IMG/VR virus record: IMGVR_UViG_3300014152_000001
Coordinates: 1 to 64,000 of that record
Reading direction: 5' to 3' (one strand)
DNA length: 64,000 nucleotides
DNA from: a virus
Part shown: piece by piece, positions 38,889 to 47,776 of the stretch
Layout of the letters: every line of letters begins with the position of its first letter
Numbering within the stretch: the stretch's first letter is position 1
Notes under the pieces: generated by a model
Seen by the model: only the letters and a program-made list of their open reading frames with translations
Databases searched by the model: none
What the model was told of the DNA's origin: nothing
Program-made: the position numbers and the translations under genes

Positions 38889-38942
38889 ATGGTAAAGGAC
38901 AGTCTCGGCCACGAAGTCGAGTTTCGTGACTATTGGGATTAG
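38889..38942 (+). CDS. 17-aa micro-ORF with own promoter
   Basis: MVKDSLGHEVEFRDYWD; tttaaatagtcc at 38859. Confidence 0.5.
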   Translation: MVKDSLGHEVEFRDYWD

Positions 38943-38979
38943 AAAAGCCCTTATATAGTCGGCTGTCCAATTAAGTCTC

Positions 38980-41325
38980 ATGAGCAGTGATGGTGCTAGA
39001 CGACCTGAAGAGGCTTTCGGCAAGACGACTCCATATGCCACCTGTCCAATCTGCCACGCCTTCATGCTAACTGAAGAGTATGACAAACACATGGCTCAAA
39101 ATCACTCACAAGAACAACGAAACAAATATACCCCAAAAGATGAAGAGAGTGGACCACAGGGCCACTTCTATGGTGATGTCTGGTCGAAGTATGAGGCCAC
39201 ACAAAGTCCGGCTTATCAACTCACCCAAGACGAGTTGGACAAGATTACTAATGAAGCGTGGGAAGGAGAAGGTTGTGAAGATTGTCGAAGCATAATTCAA
39301 AGCACCGAGATGGATAAGAAGGGCAACTATGCCATCTATCCTACATCAAGTCAAGTCGGACACATGAGCGACCTCTTCGGATACCAAACCGAGCCATCCA
39401 TGCCTACCACTGGTTATCTAGACCCAGAAGACCCCAAATGGCAACAGTCGGTTGAGCACATCCAAGAGCGACAGAAGACCCCGAAAGGGGTAGGAACCTT
39501 TGGGCCACAGTCTGGAATGACGAGAGACGAACCCACTCGTGATGAATGGCAAGTGACCAGTTATCTAGACAGCGTTGGTGTGACCTATATCCATAAGATG
39601 AAGTTAGGAGAACTAGACTCTACAACAGAGAAGCCAAAGGTTGAGTATGACCTCTATCTTCCAGACCTAGTTATGGCCATCGAAACCTCACCGGGTTGGC
39701 ATGAGGGTGGGCCACAAGCAGGAAGATTTCCACAAGTAATTGAGAATGACCACTTCAAAAAGAACTTTGCTGAAGAGCATGGAATAGACTTGGTGAGTTT
39801 CGACCCTGCTCAGGGAACGGAAAAGTTTATCAACGAAACCCTAGTGCCCAAGTTGAGGGCTGTGGGTGTGAATGCCTTTGAAGTGCCTACAACAAAGAAC
39901 GAAGAAAAGGAGAGGCTGGTATGGTGTATGGATTGTGGTGGTCTCTTTGATGACAAACCATCTCTGAACACACACTTCCAACAGACTGGACATAGTTCCG
40001 TAGGCGAAGGGACGGTAGAGAAGTATGAAGAGTTTGAGAAGGGCAATCCCTTCAATCAGCAATACATCTACCGAGAAGAAGACACGCTCCCAACATCTTG
40101 GCTTGCTCCGGTCTTCAAGTATGAGGGCTATGGGAAGGGCGAAGAGGAAGGTGGTGGAAGATTCCCAGACCCCGCTAACCATATAATGGGACCGGGAGTT
40201 GAGGTCAAGAAATGTCCTCATGGTAATGGTGTCTTCGCTACTCGTGACTTCAAAGAAGGAGAACTAATTTCAAGTTTCAAATCCCCATTTGTAAAGGAAC
40301 TTCCCGACCCTGCTCGTGGATGGGCCACTCTAAGAGTGGGAGACCTGTGGTGGGAAGAGCCAGCATCAGGAGAAGAGGACGAATGGGCCAACTTCTTAGA
40401 CCATGAGAAGTCGCCTAACTCTGTCTTTGTCAACTTCAACTTTGATGAAGGGACGGGAGACCTTATGACGACCCGACCTATCAAAACAGGAGAGGAAGTC
40501 TACATCGATTACGGTGCATACTCACCAGAGAACATAGGCGATGTCAGCGAAGACTTCGCCCCAGAAGACCTACCCCCAGAAGTTGTTCCTGCGGTCCCAG
40601 AGACGACAACTCTACCACCCACAGAGCCAGAAAAGGACTTAGGACAGGAAACAGCAGGATACGATTGGGATTACAACGTGAAGTATCGAGAAAAGCCTAT
40701 TCTTGAAGAGCAGTCTGGAATCAACCAGAATATTCCGACTGGAATATATTCCAGAGTGGAACCTCTTGCCTTTGACCAGTCCCAAAACGTGCCCAGATAC
40801 CCAGAGCGTGGGAAGGTCAATACCATAGAACAAGAGAGTGGTGGTGAAGAGTTGGCGGCTGATAGTCACCTGTTCCAAGAACAAGAGGAAGGTGGAGTCT
40901 ACCTAGCCTGTCCGAAATGCACTGGCGGTGGCGGCTTCTACAATAGGAGAGGCGATAAATGGATTACCTGCCCAATGTGTGGTGGAACGGGTAGCGGAGA
41001 GAAGCAGTTCGATTGGCCTGAAGACGAGAGAGACACCAAAAACGAGGGACGATGGGACGCACCAACACCAGACAAACAGAATGAAGCCGAGAAGATGGCC
41101 TACTATCAGTTGGCTGACGAAACAGGAGACTACATAATGAAAGCAAGAGAAGACGGCTCTCTCACAACACCAGAAGCCGATGCTCTAATGGCTCTACAAA
41201 CTCAAGCCAAAGAAGCAGTATTAGTAGACAATCTGGAGAAGGCACAAGAAATACTGGCTAAAATGGCAGAACTTGTTACGACTAAACTGGGAGTTCAAGA
41301 CCTAGACGTTGAAGGACAGCAGTGA
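38980..41325 (+). CDS. Multidomain protein: C2H2 ZnF, PD-(D/E)XK (Vsr/DUF559-like) nuclease, SET domain, DnaJ-type Zn finger
   Basis: YDLYLPD...AIE..GWH; GNGVFATRDFKEGE...ANFLDH..SPN...TRPIKTGEEVYIDYG; CPKC.G.G..CPMCGGTG. Confidence 0.8.
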   Translation: MSSDGARRPEEAFGKTTPYATCPICHAFMLTEEYDKHMAQNHSQEQRNKYTPKDEESGPQGHFYGDVWSKYEATQSPAYQLTQDELDKITNEAWEGEGCEDCRSIIQSTEMDKKGNYAIYPTSSQVGHMSDLFGYQTEPSMPTTGYLDPEDPKWQQSVEHIQERQKTPKGVGTFGPQSGMTRDEPTRDEWQVTSYLDSVGVTYIHKMKLGELDSTTEKPKVEYDLYLPDLVMAIETSPGWHEGGPQAGRFPQVIENDHFKKNFAEEHGIDLVSFDPAQGTEKFINETLVPKLRAVGVNAFEVPTTKNEEKERLVWCMDCGGLFDDKPSLNTHFQQTGHSSVGEGTVEKYEEFEKGNPFNQQYIYREEDTLPTSWLAPVFKYEGYGKGEEEGGGRFPDPANHIMGPGVEVKKCPHGNGVFATRDFKEGELISSFKSPFVKELPDPARGWATLRVGDLWWEEPASGEEDEWANFLDHEKSPNSVFVNFNFDEGTGDLMTTRPIKTGEEVYIDYGAYSPENIGDVSEDFAPEDLPPEVVPAVPETTTLPPTEPEKDLGQETAGYDWDYNVKYREKPILEEQSGINQNIPTGIYSRVEPLAFDQSQNVPRYPERGKVNTIEQESGGEELAADSHLFQEQEEGGVYLACPKCTGGGGFYNRRGDKWITCPMCGGTGSGEKQFDWPEDERDTKNEGRWDAPTPDKQNEAEKMAYYQLADETGDYIMKAREDGSLTTPEADALMALQTQAKEAVLVDNLEKAQEILAKMAELVTTKLGVQDLDVEGQQ

Positions 41326-41503
41326 AATGCCAGCATTTCCGGTTATTGAAAAATCCCTCACAATCGCATGACCCTACCTTGTCAATCTTGTTGTAGAAGA
41401 CATTATGCCAAATGTTTGAGTATCGTTTAGACTTAACTCTGGCGAAGACCAAATCACCATCTTGTAAAATTTCAACTACCTCAGACATTGTGCCATCTCC
41501 CAT
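41282..41503 (-). CDS. SWIM zinc-finger protein
   Basis: V.S.......V.....SCDCEGF....KCWH. Confidence 0.7.
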   Translation of the reverse strand: MGDGTMSEVVEILQDGDLVFARVKSKRYSNIWHNVFYNKIDKVGSCDCEGFFNNRKCWHFTAVLQRLGLELPV

Positions 41504-41996
41504 AATACTCTTCTAACAATGGTTCAATAACTTCTCTAAGATGTTTATACCATCGCCCAACCTTTGCCTCATAAGCCATTTGACAACTGCCACAACAAGT
41601 TTCCAAGTCATCTGTCTTTCTTGAGCCATTAATTATAGCCCTATACAAATCAGTTCCAACTCTATCTTTAGTTCCACCACCATTCTTGTGATTGATGGTG
41701 AGCACAATAGGATTGGTTTCTCCACAATAAACACAACTCTTTCCAACAATTTCAAGTGCTCTCATCTTCACTTTCCATGTATGTCTATCTTGATATTCGG
41801 GATGGTTCTTGTTGAAGTTCTTCACATAAATCTGTCGTTTAGGCCAATTTCGCTTTGTTCGATTCACAGTATCAACACTGGTGCACATTTTACACTCTTT
41901 ACGATACCAGATTTGACCTTTTACACCAATACCATTAATGTAAAAATCTTCAACATTCTTTGTTCTACCACACTTTGAGCAAACTCTAGAAGTCAT
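41481..41996 (-). CDS. HNH-like endonuclease, paralog 9 (divergent)
   Basis: CSKC..CKMC N-domain; CVYCGE...LTINHKNGGG...CGSCQ. Confidence 0.72.
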   Translation of the reverse strand: MTSRVCSKCGRTKNVEDFYINGIGVKGQIWYRKECKMCTSVDTVNRTKRNWPKRQIYVKNFNKNHPEYQDRHTWKVKMRALEIVGKSCVYCGETNPIVLTINHKNGGGTKDRVGTDLYRAIINGSRKTDDLETCCGSCQMAYEAKVGRWYKHLREVIEPLLEEYYGRWHNV

Positions 41997-42065
41997 CTAA
42001 CCATAGGTATAGTATTCACTACTATTTAAGGCTTTTTAGCCTTTTCCTGTAATACTTCGATGTCT

Positions 42066-42332
42066 TCACTTAGTCTCTGTCTTTTCTGGCTCTGGAATTC
42101 CAAGACCTTTTCGCCTCGCCTTCTTTTCCTCTTCGGTTTCAAAGGGCATGATGACTCCTGATTCATAGGTCAGCCCCTCTTCGGCATAACCGGATTCCGA
42201 AGTGACTGGGGTGATTTCGCCAAGTCCACCACCTGACTCTACGGTGATACACTCTGGTCCCATGTGCTTCAGGTCGTCTTCTGTGGTCTTGATAGCCACA
42301 TGATGCGTGAGACAGATTTTCTCTATTCCCAT
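42066..42332 (-). CDS. Hypothetical protein
   Basis: gaatctttatatagg promoter points to ATG at 42332. Confidence 0.55.
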   Translation of the reverse strand: MGIEKICLTHHVAIKTTEDDLKHMGPECITVESGGGLGEITPVTSESGYAEEGLTYESGVIMPFETEEEKKARRKGLGIPEPEKTETK

Positions 42333-42375
42333 ACTAGGACTACTTAATGGTATTGCCCTATATAAAGATTCGTTG

Positions 42376-42531
42376 TCAAGGGTATTCAAATATCCCTGTT
42401 GGTCCCATTCCTTGAGCCGCACACGCGGCTGTAGGAATGAGAGTATGGCAACTGCACCCACAACCGAAGTTCAACCTTGCATGACCGCAAGAGTCACAGA
42501 CCCCGCAACCACACTTAGAACAGAATCCCAT
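42376..42531 (-). CDS. 51-aa Cys-rich metallothionein-like protein
   Basis: MGFCSKCGCGVCDSCGH...CGCSCH (manual translation). Confidence 0.55.
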   Translation of the reverse strand: MGFCSKCGCGVCDSCGHARLNFGCGCSCHTLIPTAACAAQGMGPTGIFEYP

Positions 42532-42833
42532 CACTTCAACCCCAGATTGCGTTTAATACCCGCGATATAGACATCCAACAGAGAAGAGAAGACATTAGTG
42601 AAGGCATAGACCTCATTAGTGAAGGCATAGACCTCATTCAACTCTTTATGTGACCAGAACTCGCACTCAGATTTATGGGCTATTGGAAAGAGATACCGCA
42701 AAAGAGTGGCGAGGGCTGGCCTTGGAATATACATTGTTTCCGTGTAAGTAGGGAGCATGATTTTGTCCTTCTCAAAGTCTCCTGTCTCAAGGTCTTTGAC
42801 GATTGCATCAATACACTTTTGGCAGAGTTTCAT
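42531..42833 (-). CDS. Hypothetical protein with internal 21-bp tandem duplication
   Basis: NEVYAFT x2; cattagtgaaggcatagacct repeated at 42593-42634. Confidence 0.6.
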   Translation of the reverse strand: MKLCQKCIDAIVKDLETGDFEKDKIMLPTYTETMYIPRPALATLLRYLFPIAHKSECEFWSHKELNEVYAFTNEVYAFTNVFSSLLDVYIAGIKRNLGLK

Positions 42834-43519
42834 TTTTCCTCATCCTCTTCCTCCTTCTCCGGCATCTTAGTCTCAAAGTCCTCAATAGTGAGGGGTGTTT
42901 TAGTCATGGCATCAAATATCTCCTCATCTGCCTTTATCTTCTCAGAGTGAAGCAAGATAGACCTAGCCAAGAGATAGAAGACCGTGGCTATGGCCTTTGC
43001 GCCAGTGTTGTTGGCCGGAATGCAGAGGTCCAAATCCTCGAAAGTGGCGTTGGTGTTGCAGATGGCAATAACGGGGATACCAACGCTTCCGGCCTCTTGC
43101 ATGGCCCTTCGGTCTCCTTTTATGGCTTCTCCTATCTTCTTCGGTATGCCATTGGTAGGGTCGGAGACAATCAACACATTTGCATCAATGTAGTATTTCG
43201 ATTGAGAGTTTGTAAGACAACCCGGCATGAAGCGATGAAAGACGGTGGGTATGAGAGTGGCCTTCTCAAATGCCGTAAGAGCGTTCTCAAATCTCGCATC
43301 AGTGGCATAGAGCACAGCACCTTCGGTCTTGACTATGAACTTACCAGCCGTGTCAAGCCGAGTAAGGATGGCGTTCACATCCAAAATGGGATTGCCACTT
43401 GGAGCGATGCTAGAGACATACTGAGCCATGTCTTTAGTAACTGCTCCCTTAATGCCTAAGTGTATACCAGTGGCCTTTAGTGGCTCTTCTGTAAGGGTTT
43501 TAGGTAGGATATGACTCAT
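42830..43519 (-). CDS. rps2: Ribosomal protein uS2 homolog (archaeal type, divergent)
   Basis: GIHLG, TKDM..YV, ILDV, RFMPGCLTN, VSDP..D..A..EA...GIPVIAICNT, DLCIPANNTG.KAI..VFYLLAR.IL, IEDFETK. Confidence 0.9.
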   Translation of the reverse strand: MSHILPKTLTEEPLKATGIHLGIKGAVTKDMAQYVSSIAPSGNPILDVNAILTRLDTAGKFIVKTEGAVLYATDARFENALTAFEKATLIPTVFHRFMPGCLTNSQSKYYIDANVLIVSDPTNGIPKKIGEAIKGDRRAMQEAGSVGIPVIAICNTNATFEDLDLCIPANNTGAKAIATVFYLLARSILLHSEKIKADEEIFDAMTKTPLTIEDFETKMPEKEEEDEEK

Positions 43520-44745
43520 TGTTTGCTTACCCCTACACATCTAACCAACTCGTCCAGTATGGCCTCTACATCGTTGGTGTGAGTCTTAGCACTGCCAGCA
43601 GGTTTCAATCCACCCCCTTCCATGATGGCAGGATTGGCACTTCTGAAGGCCTTGCCAATGTGGATTGTGCTGTCCCTTCCGCCCCTACCAGAGACATGAA
43701 CCCCATACTTAGGAATGGTGTTAATGACGAACCAAGTCTTATGGTTGGTGTTGGTAAACTTACTGCATAGTGCAGAACCCATGTTCCATTTGCTACTGAT
43801 GATGGTCACACCGAAGTCTGGGTAGTCTAGTTGGGTGTAGTTGCCCCGCTTCTCTACATCTCCCTTGTCCTTTCTGTAGTTCACAGTGAGTTCCAGAAGC
43901 ATCTTAGTGTTGGAGTTCTTTGGTGTTGGAGTGGTCGTTGGAAATACAGTCGGCTCCCAGAAGAGGTCGCCCTCAATCTTTTCCTTGTTGACCATCGCAT
44001 AGAAGTCTAGCCAATTAGGAATCTTCTCCATCTCTTTCATGGCTTCATAGCAGATGGGCGGGGCTTTGTTGAATATCATCCTTCGAGGATTGTGAAGCAA
44101 TTGGGCGTAGAATGCAAGAATGCTCCAATCGTAACTACTGTTCAGACTCTTGGAAGCAAGCAATCCCCGCATAGAAGGATGCTTGTTGAGGAGTTCTTGG
44201 AAGAGAGGGCCACCTTCTTTGGTCCCAGTTGCTACATCTCCTTCTAACCCTAGCAAGGCCCACTTCTCCATGTTGACTACCGACCATCCCATCCTCTTGG
44301 CAAATGCGTAAGAGATGCCAGTAGTGCAATTCTCGGTGGATGACTCATAGTAGAAGAAGGGGAGATTGGGGAAAGGAAACTTCCCTTGGAGATTGGCTAA
44401 AGTCTTTGCATACTCTCCATAGGCTTCTGCGGTTTCAACCAAAAGGTCTGGCGGGTGGTTGTCCAAGATGATGACATTGATGCCACTGGCCAAAAATGCT
44501 ACTGCATAGTTCAGCATCTCTTGACCGCTTCCAAGGTCTAGAATGAAGACCGTTGCTGGCTTCAAGTCCATTATGTCTGAGACATTCTTATCCGTCATCC
44601 CGAAGACATCCCAATCTTGCCACATAATAGTGTGGGTAGCCTTGGGAGCATTCAGGGAGATGGCATTATGGATGATGCGACAGGCGCACATCCCATCGGT
44701 ATCTTCATCGCTGAAGATTACGGTATCCTGATTTGCTTTACTCAT
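43516..44745 (-). CDS. DHH-family phosphoesterase (RecJ/GAN-like)
   Basis: DEDTDG, ILDLG, LDNHPP, GD, SGR, GGG...AG. Confidence 0.8.
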   Translation of the reverse strand: MSKANQDTVIFSDEDTDGMCACRIIHNAISLNAPKATHTIMWQDWDVFGMTDKNVSDIMDLKPATVFILDLGSGQEMLNYAVAFLASGINVIILDNHPPDLLVETAEAYGEYAKTLANLQGKFPFPNLPFFYYESSTENCTTGISYAFAKRMGWSVVNMEKWALLGLEGDVATGTKEGGPLFQELLNKHPSMRGLLASKSLNSSYDWSILAFYAQLLHNPRRMIFNKAPPICYEAMKEMEKIPNWLDFYAMVNKEKIEGDLFWEPTVFPTTTPTPKNSNTKMLLELTVNYRKDKGDVEKRGNYTQLDYPDFGVTIISSKWNMGSALCSKFTNTNHKTWFVINTIPKYGVHVSGRGGRDSTIHIGKAFRSANPAIMEGGGLKPAGSAKTHTNDVEAILDELVRCVGVSKQ

Positions 44746-44911
44746 GACTATAGGTATCCTCTCTAACCTATATAAAGATTCTAATGGTTTAACCAGTAGA
44801 GGCAACATCTAATATGGACAAAGTGCCACGCCCAATTCCATTTGTCCCCAACCTTGCATCTAGTCAATTTACCACACTCTTTGTTCTTATAGAGACATCT
44901 CAGTGACTTCA

Positions 44912-45568
44912 TTAGATGCTCCTACGCAAACCTTTGATGTAAGGCAGTAGTCTTTCGTGGGCCTTCTCCAGAAGGATGACATCTCGCTTGTTGTGGTCTT
45001 GGATGTAGTCTCTAGCCTTCGGACTGAGCAAGGCTTGAGTCCAGATGTCGGGGTCTAGGTGCGTCTTAAGGTCTCCAAAGCCCAAGAGACTGCCTGCGTT
45101 CTCCAGTCTATTTCTGCTCATCTTCAGTTTGGACTTCACAACATAGTAGAGGTCGTGATGGATGATTGAGCCATACTCTGGGAATGGCACATTCCACTTC
45201 AGAGCACGAGTTCTCATGAAGGGGATGTCGTAACCTGTTCCGTAGTAGGTCACTACCATGTCGAATTTGAGCATATCCTCAATGCACTGAATCACTAGAG
45301 GCTTGTCCAACCTCAGTGCATCAATGTCCTTCTGTTGAATCACGTTTGAATAGATGATGTCTTTGCCTCTTACTTTGAAAGCGTAACTCAGAAGGATGCC
45401 AAAGTCTGCGTCAAGATTGGTCGCTTCGATGTCAAAGTAACCGATTCTGAAGTCGTTTTCGGTATTCGCCACAAACTCGTCCCAACATTGTGGGTGCTCC
45501 GTTCCACGATGACCGTGAACGCAATGCCAATGTTCGGCAACTATCAGTAATTTCTTTGGGTCTTTCAT
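44912..45568 (-). CDS. RNase H-fold (DnaQ/YprB-like) exonuclease
   Basis: FDIEAT, YYG..YD.PF, HHDLY, HN..DV..L. Confidence 0.85.
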   Translation of the reverse strand: MKDPKKLLIVAEHWHCVHGHRGTEHPQCWDEFVANTENDFRIGYFDIEATNLDADFGILLSYAFKVRGKDIIYSNVIQQKDIDALRLDKPLVIQCIEDMLKFDMVVTYYGTGYDIPFMRTRALKWNVPFPEYGSIIHHDLYYVVKSKLKMSRNRLENAGSLLGFGDLKTHLDPDIWTQALLSPKARDYIQDHNKRDVILLEKAHERLLPYIKGLRRSI

Positions 45569-46290
45569 ATCACTACCATACCCTTCGTTTCTACTCCTAA
45601 TAAGTGTTTGGCTTTACCCAGTCTCTCTGGAGTTCCACAATCCATGTAAGGACATTTGGCCTTGACTACCTTGAAATCGGTTCCTTTCAACATCATCAAT
45701 GAAACAACATCTGCCATAGTTCCTCTTTGGAATTGGCCATACTTTGAGAGTTGTTTCACCGTAGTCTTCATCATATCTGTGAACACCCAACCTTCTGAAT
45801 GAACGTTAAGCGTCCCACAAACGTAGGGCGGAGTCTTGATTTTTCCTTTCCAATCGAGAGTTAGAGCAGGTCGTCCAAGCATATCACCCTTCGCCACCAC
45901 TATTGCGTGTTCTTGTTCCATCAACTCATCCATGAAGTTGAAGTTCTTGAAGTAGGAGTCGATGGCTGAGAAGACGACCTCAGTAATCACACTGTGCGTC
46001 AGATACACAGGAACGTTACTGGTTATCCAAAGGGCCGGATTGTTCACCTTCTGAGCGTCTACATAGATACCAAGATTCTTATCCTTGAAAGTAGTATCCA
46101 TGTTATCCAAACGCCACTTGGCCCACCAACCTTGATTCCACTTGCTATGGACTATCCACACCGTATCCGCAGGCACGGCATCGATAATCCTCTCAAAGAG
46201 AGGAAGTCCATCAACAGAGAGCAGATGCTTCTGCACTGCTTCGGCTGAATAGCCACCAGCCAACAAAACTAAGATTCTCTTCTCACTCAT
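45565..46290 (-). CDS. Sugar-phosphate nucleotidyltransferase-like protein
   Basis: LLAGG, K.LL.VDG.PL..RII, YMDCGTPERL. Confidence 0.7.
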   Translation of the reverse strand: MSEKRILVLLAGGYSAEAVQKHLLSVDGLPLFERIIDAVPADTVWIVHSKWNQGWWAKWRLDNMDTTFKDKNLGIYVDAQKVNNPALWITSNVPVYLTHSVITEVVFSAIDSYFKNFNFMDELMEQEHAIVVAKGDMLGRPALTLDWKGKIKTPPYVCGTLNVHSEGWVFTDMMKTTVKQLSKYGQFQRGTMADVVSLMMLKGTDFKVVKAKCPYMDCGTPERLGKAKHLLGVETKGMVVI

Positions 46291-46475
46291 CTCAGTTGAC
46301 CCTTTATGAATCGTGCCTTCTGAATTGCTCTGAATAAGACATTGTTGACTTCTTCATTAGCCGCTATTTGAGCCGTCCTTTCGTCTATTCCGTTTTTCAC
46401 CATATAGTCGTAGAGAAGACGAAATATTGTGTTGGCCTCTTCCTTGGTAGGATAACTTCCAACTGATTTTTCCAT
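46287..46475 (-). CDS. Hypothetical protein
   Basis: gaatctttaaatagg promoter. Confidence 0.55.
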   Translation of the reverse strand: MEKSVGSYPTKEEANTIFRLLYDYMVKNGIDERTAQIAANEEVNNVLFRAIQKARFIKGQLR

Positions 46476-46509
46476 ACCTACCCCTACTACCCTATCCTAT
46501 TTAAAGATT

Positions 46510-47406
46510 CTATGCTTCCTTGAGCATATTCATTCCTTTACGAACCGTCCAAAAGTCGCTGGCGAGAGTTGGGTCGGACAGATAGGCGTAAGGTATCGTG
46601 AAATACCCTTCTTGCCCCCAGTCTGTTCCCCAACTGTTACGGCAGATGAATCTCTGTGAGGCATCGTTATATCCGAGACACATGACAGCATGACCACCCA
46701 CTGTATAGTCATTCGACCCCGGCATCGGCACGACTCCTGTTACTTCAACTGAGAGACTCTCAAAACTGTTGTAGACGGTGAAACCATAGACGAAAGGAAA
46801 CCCCGCGTCTAAACACGCTTTCATGTCAGCCAGTGTGGTGATACTGAAGTATTGGGTAATCTCGTGATTCGTCCCTTCAGTATAGGCATTGGTTGGCGGC
46901 TGGACAGCGAACTTGCCGATGTCATATGCCCATGTTGCTTCGTAACACGACCCTTGCTGTGCAAGAGTCTTCGCCCCATCACGAAGTTCTGCCCCAGAAT
47001 CAGTGTTTACTGTTCCTTCGATAACCCTCTCATTATAGTAGATAAAGAGTCGACTGAAATTGAGTGCTCCCGTCTGCTCCTGAAGCCCGTCCTTAATCTC
47101 AAGGAAGGCTAGTGCCCCGGCCCAAGCATTCGCAGTGCAACTTCCTAAGTCTCCTTGGTCTACGATTGGTGAATCCAGACACCGCATATCCACTACACTA
47201 TTATCAGGCGGTGTTGGCGATGGATTCGGTTTTGGGTCGAAAATGCTCATGAGCCAATTCCAGAAGTCCTGCCATATTCCTTTCTCAACAGTCTCAACCT
47301 TCATAATGTCCTGTCCTGCGTGATAGATGAAATCATTAGGGTCGTAATGGTCTTTCTTCCAACCACTGAGATTATGTTTCTTGGGTTCTTTCTTAGTTTC
47401 TGACAT
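46510..47406 (-). CDS. Papain-like (C1A) cysteine peptidase
   Basis: DQG.LGSCTAN, SRLFIYYNER, GGHAV..LGY, RNSWG..WG..GYF. Confidence 0.93.
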   Translation of the reverse strand: MSETKKEPKKHNLSGWKKDHYDPNDFIYHAGQDIMKVETVEKGIWQDFWNWLMSIFDPKPNPSPTPPDNSVVDMRCLDSPIVDQGDLGSCTANAWAGALAFLEIKDGLQEQTGALNFSRLFIYYNERVIEGTVNTDSGAELRDGAKTLAQQGSCYEATWAYDIGKFAVQPPTNAYTEGTNHEITQYFSITTLADMKACLDAGFPFVYGFTVYNSFESLSVEVTGVVPMPGSNDYTVGGHAVMCLGYNDASQRFICRNSWGTDWGQEGYFTIPYAYLSDPTLASDFWTVRKGMNMLKEA

Positions 47407-47442
47407 CGGATGTTATTACGTTTTCTTCCTATTTAAGGATTC

Positions 47443-47745
47443 TCAAAGCCTTGGAACGTCTTTTTCTGTATAGGTCATGACAGTCCTTCCTTTCTCATGC
47501 TTGAGGGTGAAGACTACCGCCACCAGAACTAGAGTCTGATACTCGCTCTTGATGGTCTTGAAGAGTTGAGAAGCGTAGAGTTGGGGATTGGCCCTGCTCT
47601 CCTGTGAGATGTTCATCATAATCGTGTAGAGGTCGAGACGGGTCTTCCATACTGTCTTCGGAGCAACCTCTCCTTCTCGCGTCTTTGGAACATCCACTAT
47701 GAGAGCGACTTCCGGCTCTCCATCGAAGGTGTAAGTCAGTTGCAT
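47443..47745 (-). CDS. Hypothetical protein
   Basis: Divergent TATA pair at ~47752-47777. Confidence 0.5.
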   Translation of the reverse strand: MQLTYTFDGEPEVALIVDVPKTREGEVAPKTVWKTRLDLYTIMMNISQESRANPQLYASQLFKTIKSEYQTLVLVAVVFTLKHEKGRTVMTYTEKDVPRL

Positions 47746-47776
47746 AGCAAGTTTATATACGAGCAGAGGCTTATAA

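Noticed and set aside
42830-46290. Host chromosomal fragment containing rps2
   Set aside because: Neighbours are virus-type genes with overlapping start/stop codons and the same promoter motif; no ribosomal operon context.
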